Of a stretch of 64,000 nt of DNA, positions 37,164 through 47,189 are shown in pieces. The first letter of the stretch is position 1, and each line of letters begins with the position of its first letter. The notes under the pieces were generated by a model, which worked only from the letters and a program-made list of their open reading frames with translations, was not told the origin of the DNA and did not search any database. This stretch comes from Clostridia bacterium (GTDB lineage: Bacteria; Bacillota; Clostridia; CAKSNL01; HGM11501). Both the position numbers and the translations under genes were made by a program. The stretch lies in assembly GCA_045545475.1 (NCBI GenBank), contig JAZQAZ010000008.1, forward strand, positions 32,001-96,000, written 5' to 3'.

Positions 37164-38270
37164 ATGAATAAGCTTGATATTGCGAGAAACGAGATTAATG
37201 AAATAGATAAGGAAATGGCATCCCTCTTCGAAAGAAGAATGAAGGCAGCTAAAATGGTAGCTGAATATAAAAAGGAAAACGCACTTCCTATTTTTGATTC
37301 GGGAAGAGAAGCTTTTCTGATAGATAGAAACTCTTCATATATAGAGGATGCGGTGCTTAAGGATTACTATGTTGAATTTATAAAAAGCACTATGGATATT
37401 TCAAAATCCTATCAGAGAAGGCTGCTTGACGGTATGCGGGTAGCGTATTCGGGAGTTCCGGGGGCTTTTGCCCATATTGCGGCAAATAAAATTTTCGACA
37501 GTGCAAACCCGATTGCTTATGACAGCTTTAAGTCAGCGTACGAAGCTGTTGAAAAAGGCGAATGTGACTGTGCGGTGCTTCCCATCGAAAACAGCTATGC
37601 AGGCGACGTTGCTCAGGTTATGGATATAGCATTTTTCGGATCCCTTCATATAACAGGGATATATGATCTTGAGGTAAGCCATAATCTCCTTGCTAAAAAA
37701 GGCACAAACAAAGGCGATGTTAAAAAAATAATAAGCCATTCTCAGGCATTAAGCCAGTGTGCAGGATATATTGAAAAGAATAATCTTTTAAAGGAAGAAG
37801 CTACAAATACAGCGGTTGCGGCAAAGACGGTTGCGGAATCTTGCGATAATACTCTTGCGGCAATAGCAAGCAAGGAAGCGGCATCTCTTTACGGCCTTAC
37901 GGTAATTGAAGAAAATATTAATCAGAGTGCCAACAATACCACACGTTTTGCTGTGTTTTCAAGAAGCACCGGTAAAGAAAATAAGGGTAATAATCATTTC
38001 GTATTTTTCTTTACGGTTAAAAACGAGGCAGGTGCCCTCGGTAAGGCAATTTCAGTAATCGGAAAATATGGATTTAACTTAAAGGCGTTAAAGAGCCGTC
38101 CCACAAAAGAGCTTATCTGGGATTATTATTTCTTTGCAGAAGGCGAAGGCGAAATTAACGGAGAAAACGGAGATAAGATGCTTTCCGAGCTTAAAGAAAG
38201 TTGTAATGAAATTAAGGTTGTGGGAAGCTTTGCCAATGAAATCCTGTTAAGAGAGAAGGATAATAAATGA
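37164..38270 (+). CDS. pheA: Bifunctional chorismate mutase / prephenate dehydratase with ACT domain
   Basis: ARNEINEIDKEM..FERRM (chorismate mutase); VAYSGVPGAF, LPIENS, SHSQALSQC, NTTRF, KSRP. Confidence 0.9.
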   Translation: MNKLDIARNEINEIDKEMASLFERRMKAAKMVAEYKKENALPIFDSGREAFLIDRNSSYIEDAVLKDYYVEFIKSTMDISKSYQRRLLDGMRVAYSGVPGAFAHIAANKIFDSANPIAYDSFKSAYEAVEKGECDCAVLPIENSYAGDVAQVMDIAFFGSLHITGIYDLEVSHNLLAKKGTNKGDVKKIISHSQALSQCAGYIEKNNLLKEEATNTAVAAKTVAESCDNTLAAIASKEAASLYGLTVIEENINQSANNTTRFAVFSRSTGKENKGNNHFVFFFTVKNEAGALGKAISVIGKYGFNLKALKSRPTKELIWDYYFFAEGEGEINGENGDKMLSELKESCNEIKVVGSFANEILLREKDNK

Positions 38271-39271
38271 GTCTTTATATGAATCTCGGAAAAGACAGTT
38301 ATGATATAATTATAGAACGCGGAGCCTTAGCTAAGGCTGGTGAATATTTTGATCTGGACAGAAAAGTACTTGTTGTAACCGACTCAGGCGTTCCCGAAGA
38401 ATATGCAAAAACTGTTGCAGAAAAGGCAAAGGATGGCTATATTGTTACATTTCCCCAGGGTGAAGAAAATAAAAACTTTGAAACCTACAAAACCGTTTTA
38501 AGTGCTCTTACGGAAAATGGCTTTACGAGAACAGACTGCGTTGTTGCGGTAGGCGGCGGAGTTGTGGGAGATTTAGCGGGCTTTGCAGCTGCAAGCTACA
38601 TGCGAGGAATTGATTTTTACAACATCCCCACAACCGTGCTTTCTCAGATTGATTCTTCAATCGGCGGTAAAACTGCTATTGATTTTTACGGATACAAAAA
38701 TATAATCGGAGCATTTCATCAGCCGAAAAAGGTTATAATCGACGCCGATGTAACAAAAACCCTTACGAAAAGACAAATCGTATCGGGACTTGCAGAAGCC
38801 GTTAAAATGGCAGTTACAAGCGATAAGGAACTTTTCTCTATTTTTGAAAACGGCGACTATGAAGAGCGTTTTGATGAAATAATCGAAAAATCCCTTATGA
38901 TTAAAAAAGCGGTGGTCGAAGAGGATGTGGATGAAAAGGGGCTTCGTAAGGTTCTTAATTTCGGTCACACAATAGGCCACGCCATAGAATCAAATGCGGG
39001 ACTCGGAAGTCTTTATCACGGCGAATGTGTCGCACTCGGAATGCTTTATATGGCGGATAAAGAAGCGAGAGAAAGAATATTTAATGTGCTTAAAAAGCTT
39101 GGACTTCCCACAAAGGCAGAGTTTGATAAGGACGAAATAATAAATACAATAAAGCACGACAAAAAAGCATCGGGAGACAAGATTACGGTTATTTACGTTA
39201 AAGAAATCGGAAGCTTTGAAATGAGAAAAATTGATATATCTGAGCTTTACGGATATATAAATGAGGTTTGA
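38267..39271 (+). CDS. aroB: 3-dehydroquinate synthase
   Basis: GGGVVGDLAGF, YMRGI, PTTVLSQIDSSIGGKT, LNFGHTIGHAIE. Confidence 0.95.
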   Translation: MSLYMNLGKDSYDIIIERGALAKAGEYFDLDRKVLVVTDSGVPEEYAKTVAEKAKDGYIVTFPQGEENKNFETYKTVLSALTENGFTRTDCVVAVGGGVVGDLAGFAAASYMRGIDFYNIPTTVLSQIDSSIGGKTAIDFYGYKNIIGAFHQPKKVIIDADVTKTLTKRQIVSGLAEAVKMAVTSDKELFSIFENGDYEERFDEIIEKSLMIKKAVVEEDVDEKGLRKVLNFGHTIGHAIESNAGLGSLYHGECVALGMLYMADKEARERIFNVLKKLGLPTKAEFDKDEIINTIKHDKKASGDKITVIYVKEIGSFEMRKIDISELYGYINEV

Positions 39272-39273
39272 TT

Positions 39274-40365
39274 ATGAAAAATACATTTGGTGATAACATA
39301 ACCCTTACGGTTTTCGGAGAAAGCCACGGAAGTGCCATAGGCGTTATCATTGACGGTCTTGCCCCGGGAATTAGCGTTGACGAGGAAAAAATAGCGTATA
39401 AGCTTCTTTTAAGGAGACCTTCAGGCGGTATTTCCACATCAAGGGTTGAAGCGGATAGATTTAAGATTGAAAGCGGAGTGTACGAGGGAAAGACAACCGG
39501 AACACCCGTTACAATTATAATTCCCAACGAAAACACAAAAAGCGGTGATTATAAGGCAACGGAAAACCTTGCAAGACCTGCCCACGCCGATTACACGGCT
39601 TATATGAAATATCACGGCTTTGAGGACAGACGTGGCGGCGGTCACTTCAGCGGAAGAATAACCGCAGGGATTGTTGCGGCAGGTGCAATTTTTATAAGTG
39701 CCCTTGAAAACAAAGGTATATATATCGGAACTCATATGAAAAAGTGTGCAGGAGTTTCGGACAGAGAATTTTCTGATCTTACAGAAGACGTTAAAAAGCT
39801 CGTGAATATGCGTTTTCCCGTTTTATCAGAGGAAGCAGGAAGCTTAATGCAGGAAAAAATCATGCAGGCAAGAGAAGATAAGGACAGCGTCGGCGGAATA
39901 CTGGAAACGGCAATCATCGGCGTTCCCGCAGGCCTTGGAGAGCCTTATTTTGACAGCATCGAAAGTAAAATTTCCCACGCCATGTTTTCAATCGGCGGAG
40001 TTAAAGGCATCGAATTCGGAAAAGGCTTTGCTCTTTCGGATATGACGGGAAGCGAGGCAAACGATGCCTTCAGAATGGATAATGGCGTTGTTATAACAGA
40101 AACCAACAACAACGGCGGAATAAACGGCGGTATTACAAACGGAATGCCCATTTTATTCTCACTTGCCGTAAAGCCTACACCTTCCATATTCAGAGTGCAG
40201 AAAACTGTGGACTTCGTAAAAGGCGAGGACGCGGAGATTGAACTTAAGGGCAGGCACGATCCTTGTATCGTCCACAGAGCAAAAAGCGTAGCAGATGCAC
40301 TTTCAGCATTTGTCATTGCCGATGTACTTACGGGACGCTACGGAACGGACTATCTGGCAGATTAA
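39274..40365 (+). CDS. aroC: Chorismate synthase
   Basis: FGESHG, RPAHAD, RGGGHFSGR, NNNGGINGGITNG, KPTPSI, GRHDPC. Confidence 0.95.
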   Translation: MKNTFGDNITLTVFGESHGSAIGVIIDGLAPGISVDEEKIAYKLLLRRPSGGISTSRVEADRFKIESGVYEGKTTGTPVTIIIPNENTKSGDYKATENLARPAHADYTAYMKYHGFEDRRGGGHFSGRITAGIVAAGAIFISALENKGIYIGTHMKKCAGVSDREFSDLTEDVKKLVNMRFPVLSEEAGSLMQEKIMQAREDKDSVGGILETAIIGVPAGLGEPYFDSIESKISHAMFSIGGVKGIEFGKGFALSDMTGSEANDAFRMDNGVVITETNNNGGINGGITNGMPILFSLAVKPTPSIFRVQKTVDFVKGEDAEIELKGRHDPCIVHRAKSVADALSAFVIADVLTGRYGTDYLAD

Positions 40366-40379
40366 TTTGGAGGAAGAAA

Positions 40380-41615
40380 ATGCAGTACGGTTGTATAGGT
40401 GAAAAGCTTGGTCACAGCTTTTCAAAGGAAATTCACGGTAAAATTGCCGATTATGAATACGAACTTAAGGAGCTTAAAAGGGAAGATGTTGCTTCCTTTA
40501 TAATGGGACGATGCTATAAAGCCCTTAATGTTACTATTCCTTATAAAGAGGTGGTAATCCCTCATCTTGACGAAATTGACCAGGCGGCAAGAAAAATCGG
40601 TGCGGTAAACACAATAGTAAATAAAGAAGGCAGACTATACGGATATAATACGGATTTTTACGGTATGATGGAACTACTTTCTTATATCGGTGTAGCTCTC
40701 GAAAATAAAAAGGTGCTGATACTCGGTACCGGCGGCACAAGCAGAACAGCTTATGCATTAGCTGAACACCTTAAGGCAAGAGAAATTATAAAGGTATCAC
40801 GAAGCGAAAAGGACGGAGCTGTAAGCTATGAGGCGGCATATCGCAATCACTATGATGCAGAAGTCATAATAAATACAACGCCCTCGGGAATGTACCCAAA
40901 TTCTGAGGAGGCTCCAATTTCACTTGATACATTTACAAAGCTTGAAGGCGTAATTGATGCAATTTATAACCCCTTAAGAAGTAATCTTATATCAGAAGCG
41001 TTAAGGCGAGGAATAAAGGCATCCGGCGGGCTCTATATGCTGGTTGCCCAGGCTGTTTTGGCATCAGAATATTTCCTTGATACCAAATATCCTGAATCGC
41101 TTTTGAACGAGGTCTATAAAGATATACTTTCTGAAAAAGAAAACATCGTTCTTGTGGGAATGCCGGGGGCAGGCAAAACCACAATCGGTAAAATACTTGC
41201 TGAAAATCTAGGTAAAACCTTTATGGATTCCGATGATGAAATAAAAAAGAGCGGGAAGACGCCCGATGAAATAATTAAAAGCCGTGGTGAAGCGGCATTC
41301 AGGGATATTGAGGCGGAAACTATAAAAAATCTTTCCGATAAAAACGGTCTTGTCATAGCAACAGGCGGCGGAGCGGTATTAAGAGAAGAAAATATAAAAA
41401 GACTTAAAAGAAACGGAAAAATCGTTTTCCTTGACAGAGATTTAGCTGATATTCTTCCAACTCCTGACAGACCCTTATCCCAAAACAGAGAGCTTCTTAA
41501 AAAGCGCTATGATGAACGTTTACCCATTTATACTTCTGTTTCGGATGTTGAAGTAAAAATCGGAAACGATGCAAATGAAAATGCAGAAAATATTATAAAA
41601 ATGCTTAGAGGTTAA
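40380..41615 (+). CDS. aroE: Shikimate dehydrogenase - shikimate kinase fusion (AroE-AroK)
   Basis: LGHSFS, NVTIPYK, GAVNT, NTDFYG, GTGG; then VGMPGAGKTT, GEAAFRDIE, ATGGG; ATG at 40380 after ggagg. Confidence 0.9.
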   Translation: MQYGCIGEKLGHSFSKEIHGKIADYEYELKELKREDVASFIMGRCYKALNVTIPYKEVVIPHLDEIDQAARKIGAVNTIVNKEGRLYGYNTDFYGMMELLSYIGVALENKKVLILGTGGTSRTAYALAEHLKAREIIKVSRSEKDGAVSYEAAYRNHYDAEVIINTTPSGMYPNSEEAPISLDTFTKLEGVIDAIYNPLRSNLISEALRRGIKASGGLYMLVAQAVLASEYFLDTKYPESLLNEVYKDILSEKENIVLVGMPGAGKTTIGKILAENLGKTFMDSDDEIKKSGKTPDEIIKSRGEAAFRDIEAETIKNLSDKNGLVIATGGGAVLREENIKRLKRNGKIVFLDRDLADILPTPDRPLSQNRELLKKRYDERLPIYTSVSDVEVKIGNDANENAENIIKMLRG

Positions 41616-41619
41616 AGCT

Positions 41620-42069
41620 ATGAAAATACTTGTAATTAACGGCCCCAACTTAAATATGCTGGGAATAAGAGAACCTGATATTTACGGAAAATCCACCTAT
41701 AAGGATCTAACCGATATGATAGAAGATTACTGCAAGGAAAAGAATGTAGAGGTTAAGTGCTATCAGTCAAACCATGAGGGGGCACTGGTTGACGAAATCC
41801 AGTCAGCCTACGGCTCAAAGGACGGAATTGTAATAAACCCCGGTGCTTACACCCATACAAGTGTGGCGTTGCTTGATGCCCTAAAGGCAGTCGGCATTCC
41901 TGCAGTTGAAGTGCACATCTCAAAGGTTGACGAAAGAGAGGACTTCAGACAGATAAGCTATATAAGAAACTACTGCGAAAAAACCATAACCGGCCTTGGC
42001 TTTGACGGATATATAAAGGCAATTGAGTATTTAATTGAAAGGGACGGTAAAAATGATAGCGGAAATTAA
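41620..42069 (+). CDS. aroQ: Type II 3-dehydroquinate dehydratase
   Basis: INGPNLNMLGIREPDIYG, QSNHEG, NPGAYTHTS, EVHIS. Confidence 0.95.
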   Translation: MKILVINGPNLNMLGIREPDIYGKSTYKDLTDMIEDYCKEKNVEVKCYQSNHEGALVDEIQSAYGSKDGIVINPGAYTHTSVALLDALKAVGIPAVEVHISKVDEREDFRQISYIRNYCEKTITGLGFDGYIKAIEYLIERDGKNDSGN

Positions 42070-43252
42070 AAAAGGAGCTTTATCCGGAACGGTTAAAGCA
42101 CCGCCATCAAAAAGTATGGCACACCGCCTGATAATTTCTGCGGCACTGTCAGAGGGAGAAAGCAGGATAAGCAATGTCGCACTATCTGAGGATATAAAAG
42201 CCACAATCGGATGTATGGAAGTCCTGGGTAAAACGGCGATTTACAATGACGGAGTGCTTACCGTTAAGGATGCGGAAATTCCTTCGGGCGATAAAAAACT
42301 TTTCGTAAACGAAAGCGGAAGTACGCTTCGGTTTTTCACCCCCCTTTGTCTGACCGGCGATGAGGTCACATTATACGGAAGCGAAAGGCTTTTTGAAAGA
42401 CCGCTTGCCGTATATGAAGAAATTTTTGAGCGTCAGGGAATCTTCTTTGAAAAGGGAAAGGGTTACTTAAAGCTCAAGGGCAAGCTTGAGGGCGGAAGCT
42501 ATGAAATAAGAGGCGATATAAGCAGCCAGTTTATAACAGGGTTACTTTTTGCATTGCCGATACTTTCCGGCGACAGCGAAATTAAAATAACCGGTAAATT
42601 TGAAAGCAAAAGCTATATTTTAATGACGCTTTCGGCACTAAAAACTTTTGGTATAGACATTTATTTTGACGGCGACAGAGTCTTTAGGATAAAAGGCGGA
42701 CAAAGCTATAAAAGCTGTGATGCCGAAGTTGAAGGGGACTGGTCAAACGCGGCATTTTTCGAAGCCTTAAATTACCTTGAAAGTAATGTATTTGTCATGG
42801 GAGTTGACGAAAATTCACTTCAAGGCGATAAAATATGTAAAAAGTATTTTGAAGATATAAAAAACGGTAAAAAGGAATTGTCCTTAGCTGATTGCCCCGA
42901 CCTTGCACCCATACTTTTCACCGTAGCGGCATACCTTGGCGGAGCAGAATTTACCGATACCGCAAGACTTAAGATAAAAGAGTCTGACAGAGCGGAGGTT
43001 ATGAAGGAGGAGCTTTCAAAGTTCGGAGCGGAAATTTTAGTTTTTGAGAATTCCGTAACGGTTAAAAAGAGTGACCTTCATTCGCCAAGTGCTCCCTTAA
43101 ACAGCCATAATGACCACAGAATTGCAATGAGTCTGGCGGTTTTATCCACCGTTTACGGCGGCATAATCGAGGATGCGGGAGCGGTAAAAAAGAGTATGCC
43201 TGACTTTTATGAAAAGCTTGCAGCATTAGGAGCAAAGGTGGAATTGAAATGA
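42053..43252 (+). CDS. aroA: EPSP synthase
   Basis: PPSKSMAHR, NESGSTLRF, SSQFITGLL, RLKIKESDR, NDHRIAMS. Confidence 0.93.
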   Translation: MIAEIKKGALSGTVKAPPSKSMAHRLIISAALSEGESRISNVALSEDIKATIGCMEVLGKTAIYNDGVLTVKDAEIPSGDKKLFVNESGSTLRFFTPLCLTGDEVTLYGSERLFERPLAVYEEIFERQGIFFEKGKGYLKLKGKLEGGSYEIRGDISSQFITGLLFALPILSGDSEIKITGKFESKSYILMTLSALKTFGIDIYFDGDRVFRIKGGQSYKSCDAEVEGDWSNAAFFEALNYLESNVFVMGVDENSLQGDKICKKYFEDIKNGKKELSLADCPDLAPILFTVAAYLGGAEFTDTARLKIKESDRAEVMKEELSKFGAEILVFENSVTVKKSDLHSPSAPLNSHNDHRIAMSLAVLSTVYGGIIEDAGAVKKSMPDFYEKLAALGAKVELK

Positions 43253-44106
43253 TAGTAGACGTAAGTAAAAAAATACTGATAGTGGGACTCGGTCTTCTTG
43301 GCGGAAGCTATGCAAGGGTACTAAAAAGATTCGGGTTTCATATTTCGGCAATAACGAAGGAGCAAAGCTCCATCGATTATGCCCTTAATGAAGGGATGAT
43401 TGATGAAGGAACAACTCACCTTGACGAAAGAATAATAGGCGAGGCTGACCTTGTGATATTTGCCCTTTATCCCCATGTATTTATTGAATGGATAGAAAAA
43501 AATCAGAAGCTTTTAAAAAGCGGAGCGACTATAACGGACGTAACCGGTGTAAAGAGAAGCATCGTTTATAAAATTCAGGATATGCTTCGTGACGATGTTG
43601 AGTTTATAGCTGCACATCCTATGGCGGGGCGTGAAGTGTCTGGCGTTGAAAACAGCACCGATAAAATGTTTGCTGGAGCAAACTATATCGTTACGCCTAC
43701 GGATAAGAACAGCCCTGAGGCAATTAACACCTGTCTTGAGCTCGGAAGGCTTTTAGGCTTTTCCAACGTAACAACTCTAAGCCCAGAAGAACACGATGAA
43801 ATGATAGGCTTCCTTTCCCAGCTTACACATTGTATCGCAATCACACTTATGACCTGCAACGATAAAGAGGATATGGAAAAATTCACGGGTGACTCCTTCA
43901 GGGATTTAACCAGAATTGCCCGCATCAATGACCTTATGTGGAGCGAGCTTTTTTTAGCAAACAAAGATGCTCTTCTTTCCCAGATGGATATGTTTATAAA
44001 TAAATTCAATGAGCTTAAAACAATGCTTGAAACTGAGGATATTGACGCTATGAGAGAAATGATGCGTCATTCCACAAGCCGCAGAGCATTATTTGACAAA
44101 AAATAA
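43249..44106 (+). CDS. tyrA: Prephenate dehydrogenase
   Basis: VGLGLLGGS, TDVTGVK, HPMAGRE, EEHDEMI, SFRDLTRIA. Confidence 0.92.
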   Translation: MIVDVSKKILIVGLGLLGGSYARVLKRFGFHISAITKEQSSIDYALNEGMIDEGTTHLDERIIGEADLVIFALYPHVFIEWIEKNQKLLKSGATITDVTGVKRSIVYKIQDMLRDDVEFIAAHPMAGREVSGVENSTDKMFAGANYIVTPTDKNSPEAINTCLELGRLLGFSNVTTLSPEEHDEMIGFLSQLTHCIAITLMTCNDKEDMEKFTGDSFRDLTRIARINDLMWSELFLANKDALLSQMDMFINKFNELKTMLETEDIDAMREMMRHSTSRRALFDKK

Positions 44107-44133
44107 AACACAATTTGAAAGGACGTATTTATT

Positions 44134-45165
44134 ATGAAAAACATGAACTTCTTAAGAAAATTACCCATTCCTATGGATATAAAGGCACAGTACCCCATAA
44201 CTCCCGAAATGGAGAAAATCAAAGCTGACAGAGACGAGGAAATTAAAAAGGTTTTCACAGGCGAATCCGATAAATTCATTCTTGTAATCGGTCCCTGCTC
44301 TGCGGATGATAAAACCGCAGTTATGGATTATATCGGAAGACTTAAAAGGGTGGAGGAGCAGGTTAAGGATAAAATCATAATCATCCCCAGAATTTACACA
44401 AACAAGCCCAGAACAACAGGAAGCGGCTATAAGGGAATGCTTCATCAGCCCAATCCCGAGGAAAAGCCCGATATGCTTAAGGGTATCGTTGCAATAAGAG
44501 ATATCCATATGACGGCGTTAAAGGACTATGGCTTCTCCTGTGCGGATGAAATGCTTTATCCTGCAAACTACCGTTACCTTTCTGACCTTCTTGCATATGT
44601 TGCAATCGGTGCACGTTCCGTTGAAAATCAGGAACACAGACTTGCCTCCAGCGGATTTGACGTTCCCGTTGGTATGAAAAACCCCACAGAGGGTGACTTC
44701 TCTATTATGATGAATGCAATAAATGCCGCACAGCACGGCCATACCTTCATCTACAGAGGATGGGAAGTTGAGACAGCAGGTAACCCCCTTGCACACGCAA
44801 TACTCAGAGGCTATATGGATAACTACGGAAGAAGTCTTCCCAACTATCACTATGAAGACCTTGAAAGACTTGACGAAGCATATAAGAAGGACGGTCTTTT
44901 AAATCCTGCGGTTATTGTTGATACAAACCACGCAAACTCCGGCAAGAAATATCTTGAGCAGATTCGTATTGCAAAGGACGTTTTATACAGCTGTTCAAAG
45001 AATTCCGACATCAAGAAGCTTGTTAAGGGCCTAATGATTGAAAGCTATATTGAAGACGGTGCACAGAAGATTGGAGAAAACGTTTACGGTAAGTCTATTA
45101 CAGACCCCTGCCTCGGTTGGGAAAAGACCGAAAAGCTCATCTTAGACCTTGCAGACGAGCTTTAA
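44134..45165 (+). CDS. aroF: DAHP synthase (class I-alpha)
   Basis: IGPCS, KPRTT, AIGARS, VGMKN, ILRG, DTNHANS, GKSITDPC. Confidence 0.92.
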   Translation: MKNMNFLRKLPIPMDIKAQYPITPEMEKIKADRDEEIKKVFTGESDKFILVIGPCSADDKTAVMDYIGRLKRVEEQVKDKIIIIPRIYTNKPRTTGSGYKGMLHQPNPEEKPDMLKGIVAIRDIHMTALKDYGFSCADEMLYPANYRYLSDLLAYVAIGARSVENQEHRLASSGFDVPVGMKNPTEGDFSIMMNAINAAQHGHTFIYRGWEVETAGNPLAHAILRGYMDNYGRSLPNYHYEDLERLDEAYKKDGLLNPAVIVDTNHANSGKKYLEQIRIAKDVLYSCSKNSDIKKLVKGLMIESYIEDGAQKIGENVYGKSITDPCLGWEKTEKLILDLADEL

Positions 45166-45172
45166 TATGCAT

Positions 45173-45201
45173 AAAACGACAGGCATTGTCTGTCGTTTTT
45201 T
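45173..45201 (+). terminator. Terminator of the aro operon
   Basis: aaaacgacaggc-att-gtctgtcgtttttt. Confidence 0.85.
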
Positions 45202-45308
45202 AATTGGCCGAAAGTACTCAATAAAAATCAATATAAGTCTTGATTTTTTGTTGTATAAGTGTATAATAAACGTATAGTAATTTTTCATTATAAAATGGAG
45301 GAAGTGTA

Positions 45309-46007
45309 ATGGAAATAAAAGAAATTCTAAGAGAAACATATTTGAAATATGGAGACACTCTATTTTTAGATAATAAGAAATTAATAGGGAATATTCGAGA
45401 TTTGCTTTCTGATTATCCGTCTGAGGTTAAAAAGATTGCTTTGATTATAAATGAAAATATAGTATCAAAGATAATAAAAGAGGTGGATGCTAATACTATA
45501 GAAAGAAACATGATTTATGCTCAAATGCTTGTTGATAATTACTCAATGGATTACGAAGTAGCGCGAAGATTTATCGGTTACTTTATTTATGCTACAAAAG
45601 GTATAGATTGTGTGCAAAATACCGGAAAATATCCTAAAGCAAGCAATACTGATCAAGCGGCAAAAGATAAACTGAAAACGCCATGCAGCAATGCAATGGA
45701 CATAGCTATGCAGAAAGAAGATATAAGTTATGATTCCGGATATGCAGAACTTCCAATCGAGATTGTATTTTCTATTTTCGGAAGAGGTGTTGTTATTGCT
45801 GGCAAGATTTCAAAAGGGAAAATATCAATCGGAGATGAATTGACTATTGGTTACCGTAAATGTGTTGTATCGGCCATAGAAAAAAACGGAAAGCTTATAG
45901 AAAATGCGACGCATGAAGATGGTGAAATAGGTCTACTCATAAAAAATATTAAAAAAGCTGATGTGAAAATAGGTATGGTAGCTAAAAAAAAATATATGAA
46001 ATTTTAA
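45309..46007 (+). CDS. Hypothetical protein: helical N-terminal domain plus C-terminal EF-Tu domain-II-like beta-barrel
   Basis: LPIEIVFSIFGRGVVIAGKISKGKISIGDEL..VSAIE..EIGLLIKNI..VKIGMV resembles EF-Tu PIEDVFSI.GRGTV.TGR..RG...VGDEV; RBS ggagg; visibly AT-rich. Confidence 0.6.
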   Translation: MEIKEILRETYLKYGDTLFLDNKKLIGNIRDLLSDYPSEVKKIALIINENIVSKIIKEVDANTIERNMIYAQMLVDNYSMDYEVARRFIGYFIYATKGIDCVQNTGKYPKASNTDQAAKDKLKTPCSNAMDIAMQKEDISYDSGYAELPIEIVFSIFGRGVVIAGKISKGKISIGDELTIGYRKCVVSAIEKNGKLIENATHEDGEIGLLIKNIKKADVKIGMVAKKKYMKF

Positions 46008-46068
46008 TTTTTGAATTTATAGAAGTTAAATGATATTAAAATGAAGATATATAATAAGGAGAGATATT

Positions 46069-46902
46069 ATGAATAACAGAATAAGTTTTTACACACCGCC
46101 GTACCCCCGTGCAAAAAGCTACATAGATATGATTGATTTAGCGGTAGAACACGGACTTTCCCTGGTTGAGGGCTTAAACACAATGGAATTTTCTACGCCC
46201 GATCTAGAAAAGGCAAAAAAAATAAAGGAATATGCCGACAGTAAAAATATAAAATTTCCTTGTTTTTCAATATTTGCAAATTTAGGAACGGAAGATAACT
46301 CTGAAATGATTAAAAAGCTTAAAGCCTATGCGGATGTTGCGAAGGCTTTGGGTTCACCTTATCTTCATCACACAATTATTCCTGAATTCAGTCATCCCGA
46401 CAGGGTACTTCCGTTTAAGGAAGAACTTTTCGAAAAAGGAATAAAAGCAGTTCGTGAAATTTACGATTACTGTGAAGAAATCGGCATAAAAGCCATATAC
46501 GAGCCTCAGGGCTTTATATTCAACGGCATTGAGAATCTTAAACGCTTTGCAAATGAAGTTGAAAGAGACATAATGTTCGTGGCTGACTTTACAAACATCT
46601 GCCAGTCGGGAGACTGTATTGAAGACTTTATCAAAGCATTCAAGGGCAAAATCGCTCACGCTCACATTAAGGATGCGGTTTTAAGCGATGAGGATTTCAG
46701 TAACTCAAGGGAAGTAAACTTAAAGGGCGGATATGTATGCGAGGTTGAAACCGGAAAGGGCGAATTTGATATAAAGGGAATAATAAAGCTTTTGGATTCC
46801 TTTGGCTACACGGGAGCTTACGCCCTTGAATACGGCGTAAAGGACGATAACTCCGACGGAGTTAGGAATGCACTTAAAGTAATTGACGAAGCACTTAGCT
46901 AA
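46069..46902 (+). CDS. Sugar phosphate isomerase/epimerase (xylose isomerase-like TIM barrel)
   Basis: IYEP, VADFTN, HAHIKD, GKGEFD, ALEY metal-binding pattern. Confidence 0.75.
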   Translation: MNNRISFYTPPYPRAKSYIDMIDLAVEHGLSLVEGLNTMEFSTPDLEKAKKIKEYADSKNIKFPCFSIFANLGTEDNSEMIKKLKAYADVAKALGSPYLHHTIIPEFSHPDRVLPFKEELFEKGIKAVREIYDYCEEIGIKAIYEPQGFIFNGIENLKRFANEVERDIMFVADFTNICQSGDCIEDFIKAFKGKIAHAHIKDAVLSDEDFSNSREVNLKGGYVCEVETGKGEFDIKGIIKLLDSFGYTGAYALEYGVKDDNSDGVRNALKVIDEALS

Positions 46903-46903
46903 A

Positions 46904-47157
46904 AGGAGATGTAAAAAAAGTCCAGACCGCAAAAAGGCAAAGAAATTAATAAACCGTCGTTTACACAAACTCCAAAGTGTAAAATAGTGTTGAAAAATCG
47001 CATGTTATGCGATTTTTCTTTATTTTAAGCCTTTTTGCTATGAACAAACTTCGCCACTCGACGTATCTATATACGCCTTCGGGCAAATCTCGAAAAGTCT
47101 GAAACAGACTTTTCTCAACTCAGTTTGTCCATTCTGAAGCATTTTTTCCTATCTCCT
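46904..47157. other. Highly structured intergenic element (nested inverted repeats; possible MITE-like repeat or ncRNA)
   Basis: Outer aggagat/atctcct; inner gcaaaaaggc/gcctttttgc and atgaacaaact/agtttgtccat, each closing two small hairpins. Confidence 0.5.
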
Positions 47158-47160
47158 AAA

Positions 47161-47189
47161 AAAGGAACTGTATATAATACAGTTCCTTT
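47161..47189. terminator. Terminator hairpin of the minus-strand AraC gene
   Basis: aaaggaactgtat-ata-atacagttccttt preceded by an A run. Confidence 0.75.

Noticed and set aside
45747-46007. tuf pseudogene
   Set aside because: ORF is intact with its own RBS and an unrelated N-terminal domain; similarity is limited to one diverged domain
46720-46968. 82-aa minus-strand ORF entering the structured element
   Set aside because: Overlaps the epimerase antisense; no transposase-like motifs
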